DNA from: an archaeon GW2011_AR15
GTDB taxonomy: Archaea; Nanobdellota; Nanobdellia; Woesearchaeales; GW2011-AR15
Assembly (NCBI GenBank): GCA_000830295.1
Contig: CP010425.1
Location: 294,884-358,883 of the forward strand
Direction: 5' to 3'
Length of the DNA stretch: 64,000 bases
Every line of letters starts with the position of its first letter. The first letter of the stretch is position 1. The translations under genes and the position numbers were made by a program. This document shows, piece by piece, positions 1 through 9,710 of the stretch. The notes beneath the pieces are model-generated. The model was not told the DNA's origin. It searched no databases and saw nothing but the letters and a program-made list of their open reading frames with translations.

Positions 1-116
1 GCCATGATTGCCTTCTCGCTGTTTATGACCCTGACTTCATTTCCCAAAAGCGCCTGCTTTGCAATGTATGTTGCAAGCCTCCCTACAATCATGTCTGCTG
101 CGTCTACTACTATCAT
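1..116 (-). CDS. rpl13: 50S ribosomal protein L13 (N-terminal part; gene continues beyond the window edge)
   Basis: The minus-strand ATG at 116 translates to MIVVDAADMIVGRLATYIAKQALLGNEVRVINSEKAIM.., which matches the conserved L13 N-terminus. It sits in the canonical position after L18e in the archaeal RpoD-L18e-L13 operon. Confidence 0.7.
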   Translation of the reverse strand, partial: MIVVDAADMIVGRLATYIAKQALLGNEVRVINSEKAIM

Positions 117-117
117 T

Positions 118-465
118 TTATCCTATTATCCTCACTTTTGAGCCCTTAGGGTTTTCCTTTACAAGCTCCTGTATTGAAATTGCCTTTCCGCCTGAGCTCT
201 TTATCTTCTCAAGCGCGCTTCCTGAAAAGGCATGCGCTGCTATTGTCAGCTTCTTGTCTATCTCGCCCATTGACAAAACCTTGCCCGGAACCACAACTAT
301 CTCGTTTGCCTTGGCATACCTGTTTATCCTTGACAGGTTGACAGCCCTCCTTCTGGCTGTAGGTCCCTCTAAATCTGATGCAATCCTTTTCCAGATGTTT
401 ACATTATGCTGGATTGACTGCTTTTTCAGCTCCGTTATCAGTGATGCCAGTTGCGTGTTTTTCAT
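118..465 (-). CDS. rpl18e: 50S ribosomal protein L18e
   Basis: A 115-aa basic protein with the typical L18e sequence (..RRRAVNLSRINRYA..VVVPGKVL..). It lies between rpoD and L13 as in archaeal operons. Confidence 0.85.
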   Translation of the reverse strand: MKNTQLASLITELKKQSIQHNVNIWKRIASDLEGPTARRRAVNLSRINRYAKANEIVVVPGKVLSMGEIDKKLTIAAHAFSGSALEKIKSSGGKAISIQELVKENPKGSKVRIIG

Positions 466-466
466 T

Positions 467-1234
467 TTATTTCATTAATTTGTCAAGCTCGCCAAGTTTG
501 TCATTGAATATATTGAACGCCTCTACAATTATTTCCTTTGGCTCAAGCTGGCCCCATGATTCCAGGTGGAATATGTGTTCTGTATCCTTGTATTCAACCT
601 TTACCACCTTCTCATTGACATGGCCGACAGCATCAACAAGGTTGTTCTTGATGATGAGCTCCTTGTCCAGCTTTCCCTTCTTGTCAAATGCCTGCGGCGG
701 GTAAAGGTCCCTGTATTTCTCAATATCATTGTTGTTGATTTTAATGTCAAAATTGTAAGTATACCATACATGGCCAGGGCACCATTTTGAATGCTCTTCG
801 CCTTTTCCGAGTACTGCAACTGCAACAAGCTCAATTTCCTGGTCCTTAAGCAGCTTTACAATAGGCGTCTTCGGGTGGACTGGCTTTACTTTCGGGTCCT
901 TTGATTTCAAATCTGATGCATATACTGTTTTCGGCCCTTTTGCCTTGAGCGTAAGCTCAAGAGTGCACTTTGCCTTTCTTCCGTCTACGTCTTCCTGTGA
1001 TTTCGGAAGCTCATATGACTTAAGGTCTGTTGTTAAAACAATAAGGCCGAGCCTGTGCGACAGGACCTCATCATACATTGCTGAGCTGTTCTGCTTTATC
1101 TCGACATTCTCGATAGCCATTACAGGCACTTCTGTAAGCATTATCCTTCTCAGCGCGTTGCTGTAGGCTGGTGTTGTAGCCTTAAGCAAAAATGACATCT
1201 TTTCCCCTTTTTTTGACAAGACTTCGAATTTCAT
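467..1234 (-). CDS. rpoD: DNA-directed RNA polymerase subunit D (Rpb3 homologue)
   Basis: A 255-aa protein whose N-terminal MKFEVL..ATTPAYSNALRRIMLTEVP stretch is the RpoD/Rpb3 dimerisation signature. It follows S11 in the conserved S13-S4-S11-RpoD order. Confidence 0.85.
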   Translation of the reverse strand: MKFEVLSKKGEKMSFLLKATTPAYSNALRRIMLTEVPVMAIENVEIKQNSSAMYDEVLSHRLGLIVLTTDLKSYELPKSQEDVDGRKAKCTLELTLKAKGPKTVYASDLKSKDPKVKPVHPKTPIVKLLKDQEIELVAVAVLGKGEEHSKWCPGHVWYTYNFDIKINNNDIEKYRDLYPPQAFDKKGKLDKELIIKNNLVDAVGHVNEKVVKVEYKDTEHIFHLESWGQLEPKEIIVEAFNIFNDKLGELDKLMK

Positions 1235-1235
1235 T

Positions 1236-1727
1236 TTAGACCCTTCTTCCCCTTCTTCCGCCTTTTTTCCTGCAACCGTCGTGCGGTATTGGCGTTACAT
1301 CCTCAATTATCCCGATCCTGATGCCCATCCTGGACAATGTCCTTACTGCTGCCTGTGCTCCCGGCCCCGGGTTGCTCGGCCCGTTGTGACCTCCAGGAGC
1401 TTTTATCTTTACATGAAGGCCTGTCACGCCCTTTTCAAGGGCAATCTCCCCGACTTTCTTGGCTGCTGCCATCGCTGCTGTCGGCGAGCTTTCAAGCCTG
1501 TGCGACTTTACTATCTGGCCTCCTGAAGAAATTGCGATTGTCTCGCTTCCTGTTATGTCTGTTACATGTATTATTGTGTCATTATATGAAGAATAGATGT
1601 GGCATATCCCCCATCTTACATTATCCTTGCTGAAATCCCTGACTCTCGGAGGGCCTCTTCTGGCTCCCCTGTCTCCTCCCCTTTCTTCACTGCTGCCCCT
1701 TTCCCTTCTTTTCCTGTCTTCACTCAT
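1236..1727 (-). CDS. rps11: 30S ribosomal protein S11
   Basis: The 163-aa product has a Gly/Arg-rich N-terminus and the conserved core [25 protein letters not shown].. Confidence 0.9.
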   Translation of the reverse strand: MSEDRKRRERGSSEERGGDRGARRGPPRVRDFSKDNVRWGICHIYSSYNDTIIHVTDITGSETIAISSGGQIVKSHRLESSPTAAMAAAKKVGEIALEKGVTGLHVKIKAPGGHNGPSNPGPGAQAAVRTLSRMGIRIGIIEDVTPIPHDGCRKKGGRRGRRV

Positions 1728-2358
1728 TTTCTGCTACCTCTCCAGCTTTTTCCTGCGTCTCCTTAGCAACTTCCGGGACTTTTTCAGCTGCTTTTCCTTT
1801 TTTTGGGGCAGGCTCTTCTGCTTTCTTAGCTGCCATAACCGGCTTCTTTTCTCCCCTTTCAGGGTGATCTTCTGAAACTAATGGCGAACTGCCGCTGAAT
1901 ACTGTCTTCACCTCATCATCAGCACTCACAAGGTATGATGGGGAAGTTATCTTCCTCTCGCCTATTGTAATATGCTCATGCACAATGAACTGCCTCGCCT
2001 GGCCTATTGAATGGGCAAGCCCTTTTCTGAAAACAATTGTCTGCAGCCTCCTTTCGCACATATCCTTCAGCGTGATTTCAAGAAGATTTTCTGCAATAGC
2101 ATTCTCACCTGCAAGCTTCATGCCGCGGAGCTTCCTTATCAGGTCCTGTTTCTGCCTTTCTGAAGCCTCATCGTGCTTTGGGATCAGTTTCTTAATCTGT
2201 GATTTGAAATTTCTCAGCTTTGAGCTGAGCCTCCATAGCTCTTCCTTGTTCTTGAAGCCGTATTCCTTCATAAGCTCCCTTTCCTCATCTATCCTGAGCT
2301 TCTGCCAGGGATGTGTCGGGGTTGAATACTTCTTCCTTAACTTTCTTGGATCTCCCAT
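1720..2358 (-). CDS. rps4: 30S ribosomal protein S4 (with a Lys/Glu-rich C-terminal tail)
   Basis: The N-terminus ([18 protein letters not shown]) and the S4 RNA-binding domain ([14 protein letters not shown]) are present. The gene overlaps S11 by 8 nt. Confidence 0.9.
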   Translation of the reverse strand: MGDPRKLRKKYSTPTHPWQKLRIDEERELMKEYGFKNKEELWRLSSKLRNFKSQIKKLIPKHDEASERQKQDLIRKLRGMKLAGENAIAENLLEITLKDMCERRLQTIVFRKGLAHSIGQARQFIVHEHITIGERKITSPSYLVSADDEVKTVFSGSSPLVSEDHPERGEKKPVMAAKKAEEPAPKKGKAAEKVPEVAKETQEKAGEVAENE

Positions 2359-2360
2359 GC

Positions 2361-2834
2361 TTATACCTTCCCTGCCTTGGCGTCCTTGCTTCTCTTTACG
2401 CCGACTGCCTTACCCTTGTTCCTTCTGAAATTTGATTTTGTCCTCTGTCCCCTTACCGGCTGGCCTGATGCATGCCTGATTCCTCTGTATGTCCTTATCT
2501 TCTGCAGCCTTCTTACGTCCTGCTGGTTTGTGAATGCAAGGTCTCCGAGAAGAAGATGCTTGTCCTCTCCTGTATCATAATCCTTTCTCCTGTTAAGCAT
2601 CCATGCCGGAAGCTTCTCAGGGTTTTTCAGGACAGCCTCTATTCTGCCCACTTCTGTTTCTGAAAGAAGGCCTGCTTTCTTGCTGATATCAACATGGGCG
2701 AGCCTGCATACTGCATTGGCGAACATATCCCCTACGCCCTTTATTTTTGTCATAGAAACTACGATTGCCTTGTTTCCCGGAAGGTCTGTGCTTGCGACCC
2801 TTACAAGATGCCTGATTTTCTGCTCTTCTGCCAT
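2361..2834 (-). CDS. rps13: 30S ribosomal protein S13
   Basis: The 157-aa product carries the S13 signature (IRHLVRVASTDLPGNKAIVVSMTKIKGVG) and a basic tail. Confidence 0.9.
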   Translation of the reverse strand: MAEEQKIRHLVRVASTDLPGNKAIVVSMTKIKGVGDMFANAVCRLAHVDISKKAGLLSETEVGRIEAVLKNPEKLPAWMLNRRKDYDTGEDKHLLLGDLAFTNQQDVRRLQKIRTYRGIRHASGQPVRGQRTKSNFRRNKGKAVGVKRSKDAKAGKV

Positions 2835-2939
2835 TTTTGATAGTTTACCGAGAATAACACGTATTAACCCTCAGATCGCGTTAACTCGGGCTTTATTCAC
2901 AGGAAATACGGGTCATTTATAAAGGTTTTTATTCTAGAA

Positions 2940-3446
2940 TTATTCACGCAAGTGTGCTTTGACTGGAATGCCCATGTAGAAAGTAAGGTTCATTTCTGTT
3001 ATTGGGCCTCCGTCGACCTTTTGCCTTGATTCTGATTGGTATGTTACCCTAATAAGCCCATCTGCACCCATATCTTTTGCCTGTTTCCTTATGTCAAGCT
3101 CAGAGAAATTTTTCGGCATTAGTTTATATACCTCCAAAAGAGTAGCATATGCCATATCCATTATTCCAGATACTGCTTGTCGTTTATCTTCTTCACTAAA
3201 TTCTCCTAGTTGTGCTTTGGCATCGAGAATTGTCGTTAGGCTTGCGCTGCCCATGAGTTTCATGACTTTCATAGCTTCTTCTTCTGTGGGTATGATTACA
3301 CCTTCAACATATCTTTTGCTGTCAGTCATTGGTATAATACTATAAAGCGTGCCGCTTCTTCCTGCATTATATGTCATATTCAGCTCTTCTAGGCTGCCAG
3401 GAAAAAGTATAATATTCTCAATGCTTTTATGGAAATCATCTGCCAT
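2940..3446 (-). CDS. hypothetical protein (168 aa, cytoplasmic)
   Basis: A clean ORF with strong coding appearance and no motif I can recognise. Confidence 0.5.
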   Translation of the reverse strand: MADDFHKSIENIILFPGSLEELNMTYNAGRSGTLYSIIPMTDSKRYVEGVIIPTEEEAMKVMKLMGSASLTTILDAKAQLGEFSEEDKRQAVSGIMDMAYATLLEVYKLMPKNFSELDIRKQAKDMGADGLIRVTYQSESRQKVDGGPITEMNLTFYMGIPVKAHLRE

Positions 3447-3547
3447 TTTAAGCTCCTATCAGTTTAATCTTATATAAAAAGATTATGTTACATTACCCTT
3501 AAAGTGATTACAAACTTTTAAATAGATAATTCCCCACATACAATCCC

Positions 3548-3904
3548 ATGTCTCTGGCTGCAATAGTAAATACTGAAGCAAAGATGTTGACAACGCAGGG
3601 AGACCTATACAAAGTCGGAGTAGAGGTGCCTTTTGAATTTGCTGAAGGGGCCACATTCCAGGAATTATGGGATAAGGCCCTGCAGGTTGCGGATGAAGAA
3701 GGCATAACTTATCCTATGTCCCTATTTACCGATTGGGCATATCTGGATGATGCAATCCACTGCGGCGGGGAGTGCGGGCAGCCAATACCATGCACTCTGA
3801 AAGAGGATAACTGGCAGACCAAGTTCGAAAGATACAGAAATGCAGAGAGTCCGCCACGAGTATTCCTTGTAGAAAGGGATAAGTATAGGTCCATGTGTGA
3901 GTAG
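3548..3904 (+). CDS. hypothetical protein (118 aa) with a CGGECGQPIPC motif
   Basis: The ORF is preceded by an AT-rich promoter-like region. I found no recognisable family. Confidence 0.4.
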   Translation: MSLAAIVNTEAKMLTTQGDLYKVGVEVPFEFAEGATFQELWDKALQVADEEGITYPMSLFTDWAYLDDAIHCGGECGQPIPCTLKEDNWQTKFERYRNAESPPRVFLVERDKYRSMCE

Positions 3905-3997
3905 ATGTCTTAAAGTGCTGAGCACTTAATTCTGAGTATATATAATGATGTTCTTATTACCAATATCTTTAAAAAGATTTGAAATTAACTACTATCT

Positions 3998-4579
3998 ATG
4001 CCATTAAACATCGCAGTCATATACGGCTCTGTAAGGGAAGGGAGATTAGGGACAAGAGTTGCCAAATTCATAGTCAACAAATTAAAAGAAAGGAAGCACG
4101 ATGCAGTCCTTATCGACCCTGTGGAGCACAGGCTCCCCCTGCTTGAGAAGCCGCATAAGTATTATGAGCCGGGCACTGCCCCAGAAGTTATGGAAACTCT
4201 CGCCAAAATTCTCACAAAGGCAGACGGCTTCATCATTGTGAGCGGGGAATACAACCACGGCATCCCGCCTGCGCTGAAAAACCTTCTTGACCATTTCTAC
4301 ACAAAGGAATTCGGGTTCAAGCCGAGTGCAATAGCCTGCTATTCAATAGGGCCTTTCGGAGGAGTGAGGGCTGCAATGCAGCTGAGGGCTGTGCTGCCTG
4401 AACTGAAAATGCCGAGCATACCCACATTGTTCCCTGTGCAGAAAGTTCATGAATCATTTGACGAGAACGGGAATCCTCTGGATGATTCATACAATGAAAA
4501 GGCAGATAAATTCCTTGATGAGTTTGAGTGGTATGCAAATGCCATGAAAGAGGCAAGGAAGAAAGGGACGCCTTACTGA
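3998..4579 (+). CDS. NADPH-dependent FMN reductase family flavoprotein (flavodoxin-like fold)
   Basis: The N-terminus IAVIYGSVREGRLG and the later GFIIVSGEYNHGIPPALKNLLD stretch are typical of the NADPH-dependent FMN reductase/ArsH/SsuE family. Confidence 0.75.
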   Translation: MPLNIAVIYGSVREGRLGTRVAKFIVNKLKERKHDAVLIDPVEHRLPLLEKPHKYYEPGTAPEVMETLAKILTKADGFIIVSGEYNHGIPPALKNLLDHFYTKEFGFKPSAIACYSIGPFGGVRAAMQLRAVLPELKMPSIPTLFPVQKVHESFDENGNPLDDSYNEKADKFLDEFEWYANAMKEARKKGTPY

Positions 4580-6057
4580 TTGAGCAATTCTCCCAGTTTA
4601 TCTTTTAATTTTGATATCTTAATCCTTTCCTGCTTCGTATTATCTCTGTCCCTTATGGTAACTGCCTTGTCTTCAAGCGTCTCAAAGTCAATGGTTATGC
4701 AGAATGGGATCCCCTGCTCGTCTGCCCTTGCATACCTTCTTCCGATGCTTCCGCCCCTGTCATATGTGCAGGCAAACTCGTCCTTCAGCATGTCATAGAC
4801 TTTTCTTGCGTCCTTGTCAAGCTTGTTGATCAGCGGGAAAACCCCCACCTTTATCGGAGCAAGCTTCGGATGCAGCTTCAGCACAATGTTGCCTCTTTCC
4901 GTGTCATCATTGTAGGCATCATACAGGAAAGACATGAATGCCCTGTCAACCCCGAAAGAGGGCTCTATCACCCTGGGCACAATCCTCCCTTTCTCATCCT
5001 CGTCAAATATCTCAAGTGATTTTCCTGAATGCTTCATGTGCTGTGCCAGATCAAACTGCCCCCTGTTTGCATTCCCGTATATCTCTTTCCAGCCGAACGG
5101 AAAGTTGTAGTCTATGTCAAATGTTGCGCTTGAGTAATGGCTCAACTCTGTTTTTGTGTGCTCCCTTACTCTCAGGTTTTCTTCTTTCATGCCAAGGCCT
5201 GTAAACCATAAGTAGGATTCTGCAAGCCAGTAGGCGTGCCACTCGTCCAGCTTCTTTTTCTTCAGCATGTCTGAAATTTTTGTCTGGCTGTGCTCTTTCT
5301 TCTTCTCCTGGTCTTCTGCTGAATAGAAAAAGAAAGCGAGGTCAAGGTGCTTTTTCTCCAAAAGAAGACATTTCCTGTCATCAGGCTTTATGAAAAATTC
5401 CAGCTCCATCTGCTCAAACTCCCTTGTCCTGAAAAGGAAATTCCTTGGGGAAATCTCATTCCTGAACGCCTTTCCCACCTGCGCTATACCGAATGGAAGC
5501 TTTACCCTGCTTGAATCAACTATGTTCCTGAATGCCGCAAAAATAAGCTGGGCTGTCTCTCCTCTCAGGTATGCGGTTGAGTCTTTTGTCTTCTCTGCCC
5601 CAATCTGCACAGGGAACATCAGGTTGAATGATTCAACAGGCTTCAGGTCTGATTTGCACTCAGGGCATTTTATATTATTGTCTGCTATTAATTTGTTCAG
5701 GGCATCTGCCTTTATCCCGTCTACATTTATCTTCAGAGTATCTTCAACAAGGCTGTCCGCCCTGTGGCTTTTCCCGCATTTCACGCACTGCACAAGCATG
5801 TCAGAGAAGCTTGCCAGGTGTCCTGATGCTTCCCATATCTTTGCGCTTGAAATCAGGGAGCCGTCCAGTCCGAAAACATCCTCCCTTGACTGCACGAATG
5901 TCTTCCACCAGCTGGCCTTGATGTTGTTCTTCAGCTCAACCCCCAGCGGCCCGTATTCAAAAAAGCCCGCCATTCCGCCGTAGATTTCTGTGCTTGGGAA
6001 AACAAATCCCTTTTTCTTGGCAAAAACAGCCAGCTCATCTATAGATAGTTTAGACAT
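4573..6057 (-). CDS. glyS: glycyl-tRNA synthetase (archaeal/eukaryal dimeric type)
   Basis: The 494-aa protein matches class II GlyRS along its length (FPSTEIYGGMAGFFEYGPLGV.., Zn-binding CVKCGKSH, anticodon-binding C-terminus). Confidence 0.9.
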   Translation of the reverse strand: MSKLSIDELAVFAKKKGFVFPSTEIYGGMAGFFEYGPLGVELKNNIKASWWKTFVQSREDVFGLDGSLISSAKIWEASGHLASFSDMLVQCVKCGKSHRADSLVEDTLKINVDGIKADALNKLIADNNIKCPECKSDLKPVESFNLMFPVQIGAEKTKDSTAYLRGETAQLIFAAFRNIVDSSRVKLPFGIAQVGKAFRNEISPRNFLFRTREFEQMELEFFIKPDDRKCLLLEKKHLDLAFFFYSAEDQEKKKEHSQTKISDMLKKKKLDEWHAYWLAESYLWFTGLGMKEENLRVREHTKTELSHYSSATFDIDYNFPFGWKEIYGNANRGQFDLAQHMKHSGKSLEIFDEDEKGRIVPRVIEPSFGVDRAFMSFLYDAYNDDTERGNIVLKLHPKLAPIKVGVFPLINKLDKDARKVYDMLKDEFACTYDRGGSIGRRYARADEQGIPFCITIDFETLEDKAVTIRDRDNTKQERIKISKLKDKLGELLNQ

Positions 6058-6100
6058 CTTCCCTCAGTAAGCATGTTTTATCCTTTTTTTATATATTTAT

Positions 6101-6174
6101 TGAAAATTTCAGCTTGAAGAAGAAATTTTCAAGGTTTAATTAACCCTCGGGCTGAAATTTTCAAGACTAAAAAT
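6101..6174. repeat. three copies of a 9-12-nt quasi-palindromic motif (GAAAATTTCAGC / GAAATTTTCAAG x2) upstream of glyS
   Basis: The 12-bp inverted repeat GAAAATTTCAGC (6101-6112) and GCTGAAATTTTC (6160-6171) is perfect. The direct repeat GAAATTTTCAAG occurs at 6121-6132 and 6163-6174. Confidence 0.4.
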
Positions 6175-6177
6175 CCG

Positions 6178-6241
6178 CCAATCAATGTAAAAATCCTCCT
6201 GTTCCTGCTTTTAGTCCGGATAACTCCTGATAGCGGATTTT
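6178..6241 (-). terminator. 10-bp inverted repeat AAAAATCCGC / GCGGATTTTT with a 44-nt spacer, just downstream of the minus-strand gene 6248-6649
   Basis: The stem is perfect and its 3' arm on the minus-strand transcript is U-rich. The loop is large, so this may instead be a structured element. Confidence 0.25.
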
Positions 6242-6247
6242 TATTAT

Positions 6248-6649
6248 CTACTTCAGCAATATATTGACTGTGAAGTCTTTAAGCTCCATGTACGATGTTT
6301 CTGCTATCAGTCCAAGCTCCTTTCCTGAGTATTCCGGTCTTAGTGATAATCCCTGGGCAGTCCATGACGGGCTGCCGAGAATATCATACATGAAGACCTG
6401 TTCAAATGCATACTGTAATTCTTCATCTTTTACCTGTTCCAGTTTCCTGTCTTTCCCAATGAGGAAAAGTTTGTTCTCTATAATTATGTAGTTCTCTTCT
6501 GCTGAATCATTGATGTAATCCACGCTAAAAACATACTCGCTTATCTCAGGAGTCGCAGCACTTATAATGTATGCTGCGGGAGCTGCTATTGATAATGCCA
6601 AAGCTCCAATTGCAAGAGTATCACGTATTGCTGCTCTAATGTTTGTCAT
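6248..6649 (-). CDS. small secreted or membrane-anchored hypothetical protein
   Basis: Taking the ATG at 6649 (MTNIRAAIRDTLAIGALALSIAAPAAYIISA) gives a signal-peptide-like N-terminus. The longer 180-aa ORF in the track has an implausible Phe/Tyr/Asn-rich 5' extension. Confidence 0.4.
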   Translation of the reverse strand: MTNIRAAIRDTLAIGALALSIAAPAAYIISAATPEISEYVFSVDYINDSAEENYIIIENKLFLIGKDRKLEQVKDEELQYAFEQVFMYDILGSPSWTAQGLSLRPEYSGKELGLIAETSYMELKDFTVNILLK

Positions 6650-6795
6650 GCTAATCACCAAAAAGTTGGTAGTTGGATGTTTTTTAAATTTAGCTGAGAA
6701 TTTTTTGTCATTATATAGATAAAAACGTATTTTATTAGATAGAATATTATAAAAATGATAAAATTTAAATAAAAATATCCATTTATACATAATTT

Positions 6796-7251
6796 ATGGA
6801 CGAAATTGATAAGAAAATACTAAATGAGCTCCAGACTAATTCCGGCAGAAAGATTTCAGAGCTTGCTTCTTTACTGAATCTTCCGAGGACAACTGTCCAC
6901 AACAGGATCAGAAAATTGCAGGATGATAAAACTATCATTAGGCAGAAAGCAGTGCTGGATATGAAGAAGATAGGCAAGCCAATATGCGCTCTTGTGCACA
7001 TTGTAATAACTTCAAAGGAAAGCGTGCATGAAGTGGCCGGGAGGCTGAAAAAAGACGGGAAAGTGGAAGAAGTCTATATCATGGCAGGCCAGTTTGATAT
7101 AATCGCAAAGGCCAGGCTTAAAGATAATGAAGAGCTTTCTGAATTCATATTCGGCAAAGAAAAAGGGCTGAGGTCATGGCCTTCGGTTGAAAGGACAGAA
7201 AGCATGATTGTGCTGGATACTATGAAAGAAAATGGCGTAATCCGGCTTTAG
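6796..7251 (+). CDS. Lrp/AsnC family transcriptional regulator
   Basis: An N-terminal HTH (DEIDKKILNELQTNSGRKISELASLLNLPRTTVHNRIRKL) is followed by a RAM/AsnC_trans domain. Confidence 0.85.
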   Translation: MDEIDKKILNELQTNSGRKISELASLLNLPRTTVHNRIRKLQDDKTIIRQKAVLDMKKIGKPICALVHIVITSKESVHEVAGRLKKDGKVEEVYIMAGQFDIIAKARLKDNEELSEFIFGKEKGLRSWPSVERTESMIVLDTMKENGVIRL

Positions 7252-7269
7252 TTCTCCTCTATAAACGCA

Positions 7270-8472
7270 TTATTTTTTTAGATAATCTATTTCCGCATCA
7301 TCCAATTCAAAATACTCAGCCAGCTTCTCAGCCTCTGCCTTGTTTTTCTTAAATATGACTCTGACATAAGGCAGCGTGTCCTGGATTGCCCTCCTGGAAG
7401 AAGTGTGCGTCTTCTCAGCAATCTTGCCTGCTATTGACTTTCTCTTGGCATTTTTCTGGTTGAACATCCACATCTTCAGTATCCTTGTGGTCCTTGTATA
7501 CTTGTTGAATCCGGGATATCTCTCTTTTTTTGACAGGGCAATCCCTGCTGTAAGAAGGTCATTGATATAGACCAGAAACCTCCAGTGCTGCCTTCTCAGT
7601 ATCCTTCCCCTGAAAACATCAGCCCTGCTCAGGACATCATAGGCTTTTGCAAGGTCCTCATGGTCCTTGTATTCCTTAGGCAGGTTTTCATCTATCCATA
7701 AGAATATTTCATCAGTATCCTCATCAACATCCTCAAGAGCAGGGAGGGCAACCTCAGGGCTTGTAGTCTTCAGTATTCTCATAAGGGCATTAATCATTGT
7801 GTCTGCCTGCCTTCTTCCTGAAAGCTCATCAACATCCCCTTTAGAAAGTTTTTTGGTGTTCTCTGCAAGTGTCTGGAGGTCGTTTATTGCCCCCCTCAAA
7901 TCTCCGCCTGCCCTTCTCGCAAGAGTCTCAAGGGAAACCTCATCATATTCTATTGATTCTTTCTCAGCGATTTTTTTCAGCACTGCAAGGACAGACGGAT
8001 ATGCCAGTGTCCTGAACTCTATCATTGCTGATTTTTTTCTCAGCGTGGAGAATTTCTTGTCAAAGGGGTCGTTGGCAGTCATTATCACGGGGAACTGTGT
8101 CTTGTCCAGCAGCTTGGCAAGCTCTGAAATCCCTCCCCTGTCTGCGCTTCCCGAGACGCCGTCAATCTCATCAACAAGAATAAGCTTCCCTCTTGAAAAA
8201 AGGGACATCTGCATCATTGCAGGCCCGAGCTTCTCTTTTATTGATTCAGCATTCCTTACATCAGAGGCATTCACTTCAATAATCTCAAGCTCGTTCTCTC
8301 CGGCAACTGCATGCACCATGGAAGTTTTCCCGCTTCCGGGAGGGCCATAGACCAGCGCTGCCCTTTTTTTTGGAAAACTGCCAAGAAAACTCTTCACTTC
8401 CTCAACTGCCTTGTTCTGCCCCTGGGTAAACTCAGTTGACTTAGGCTGGTATTTTACAGACCATGGTTGCAT
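7270..8472 (-). CDS. rfcL: replication factor C large subunit
   Basis: An AAA+ clamp-loader with WSVKYQPKS, Walker A GPPGSGKTS, Walker B LILVDEID and an SRC-like GGDLRGAINDLQ box. Its 400-aa length fits the archaeal RFC large subunit. Confidence 0.85.
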   Translation of the reverse strand: MQPWSVKYQPKSTEFTQGQNKAVEEVKSFLGSFPKKRAALVYGPPGSGKTSMVHAVAGENELEIIEVNASDVRNAESIKEKLGPAMMQMSLFSRGKLILVDEIDGVSGSADRGGISELAKLLDKTQFPVIMTANDPFDKKFSTLRKKSAMIEFRTLAYPSVLAVLKKIAEKESIEYDEVSLETLARRAGGDLRGAINDLQTLAENTKKLSKGDVDELSGRRQADTMINALMRILKTTSPEVALPALEDVDEDTDEIFLWIDENLPKEYKDHEDLAKAYDVLSRADVFRGRILRRQHWRFLVYINDLLTAGIALSKKERYPGFNKYTRTTRILKMWMFNQKNAKRKSIAGKIAEKTHTSSRRAIQDTLPYVRVIFKKNKAEAEKLAEYFELDDAEIDYLKK

Positions 8473-8514
8473 TAGAAAAGAGAAAGCATGAAGGTTTAAA
8501 AGGTTTATTGATAA

Positions 8515-9174
8515 TTATTTTTTCTTCACGACAAATATGCAGTGGTCCTTCTCAAAAGGATCAAGGAGTTTGAAATCAACAACAGTAAGCTCTTTTTCCA
8601 ATTGTATTCTGACTTCCTGGTAGATCTGCTTTGGCTTCCTGGTTATGTCTACTGAACGGGACTTAACAGCAAGCATTCCGAACCCGTCTTTCTTTAAAAA
8701 CAAACGGCAGTTTTTCAGGAATATCTCTGCCTGGTTTTTCTGCGCAACATCCATGAAGATAAAATCAGCGCTGTGTATCCTGTGGCTGTATAAGTGCGGC
8801 TGGTTTGCGTCCGCCATTATGGGCGTCATGTTCTTTCTTTTCTCGCACAGGAAAACTAAATCGCGCACAACCCTCGGCGCAAAGTCAAGCGCAAAAATAA
8901 ACCCGTCCTTGCCGACAATGTCAGAGACATATGAGACTGTATAGCCGTGGCTGGCTCCAAGATAGAGGACTGTGTCGCCAGGCTTCACCCCTACCTGCGA
9001 AAGGCCTTTGACTATGCCTGCTCCGAGCTTGCTTCTCCTTGCGTCCAGCTGCCTATATTCTTTCCCCTCTGATTTCTCTGTTTCCTCCTCAAAAAAAGTC
9101 TGGCCTGGAGTGAGATTAAGGGTAAATAGCCTCTGCCCTCTTTCATAGATATTCTGGAATTTTGTCTGCTTCAT
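8515..9174 (-). CDS. flpA: fibrillarin-like rRNA/tRNA 2'-O-methyltransferase
   Basis: The 219-aa product has the fibrillarin fold motifs (VLYLGASHGYTVSYVSDIV.., ADFIFMDVAQ). It is adjacent to Nop5, as is usual in archaea. Confidence 0.9.
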   Translation of the reverse strand: MKQTKFQNIYERGQRLFTLNLTPGQTFFEEETEKSEGKEYRQLDARRSKLGAGIVKGLSQVGVKPGDTVLYLGASHGYTVSYVSDIVGKDGFIFALDFAPRVVRDLVFLCEKRKNMTPIMADANQPHLYSHRIHSADFIFMDVAQKNQAEIFLKNCRLFLKKDGFGMLAVKSRSVDITRKPKQIYQEVRIQLEKELTVVDFKLLDPFEKDHCIFVVKKK

Positions 9175-9710
9175 CTCTGCTCCCTCAGTTCATTTAACAA
9201 CTCAACCAGTTTCGGGTGCTTTACCATGGCTTTTGTTGACTCCCAGAATGAATCAAATGACTCATCTGGTTTTTTCTCGTACTCAAATGCCTGGAAAACC
9301 ATCTCAAGCTTGTCAAGCTCTTTTGCAAATCTTGCCTCTCCTGTTTTCTGCTCTTCAAATTCATCCCAGACTGAAATCAGCTCATGTGCTGTTTCCTTAT
9401 CAAGGTCTTTCACAATATCCCTCATTGCTCTTTTCTCTTTCTCATGCTTTGCTTTTTTGAATTCCGGTGTGTCATTATGGTTTGTGATTATATCCCCTAC
9501 AACAGTCTCTGCAAGGTCATGTATTATTGCCATTTTCAGCACTTTCCCTTTGTCCAGCTCCGGAGGGCATAATACTATTGCCATCATTGCTGTCCTGTAT
9601 GTGTGGTCTGCCACGCTTTCCGGGTTTTCTATATTCAGCTTCACCCAGCCCGCCCTTTTCAGGATCTTCAGCTTGTTGGCCTGCTGGAGGAATTTTACCA
9701 TGCCTTTCAT
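9171..9710 (-). CDS. HD domain phosphohydrolase (YfbR-like)
   Basis: The product shows an H..HD..D pattern (VADHTYRTAMMA.., IIHDLAE), consistent with the HD superfamily. It overlaps fibrillarin by 4 nt. Confidence 0.7.
   Translation of the reverse strand: MKGMVKFLQQANKLKILKRAGWVKLNIENPESVADHTYRTAMMAIVLCPPELDKGKVLKMAIIHDLAETVVGDIITNHNDTPEFKKAKHEKEKRAMRDIVKDLDKETAHELISVWDEFEEQKTGEARFAKELDKLEMVFQAFEYEKKPDESFDSFWESTKAMVKHPKLVELLNELREQR

Noticed and set aside
59-478. 139-aa plus-strand ORF at the left edge
   Set aside because: It is antisense to the well-supported L18e and L13 genes and has a low-complexity Leu/Ser/Phe-rich composition, so I treat it as spurious.
5390-5983. 197-aa plus-strand ORF
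   Set aside because: It is antisense to glyS, whose protein is conserved along its full length.
7667-8350. 227-aa plus-strand ORF
   Set aside because: It is antisense to rfcL and its Ser-rich composition is typical of a shadow frame.
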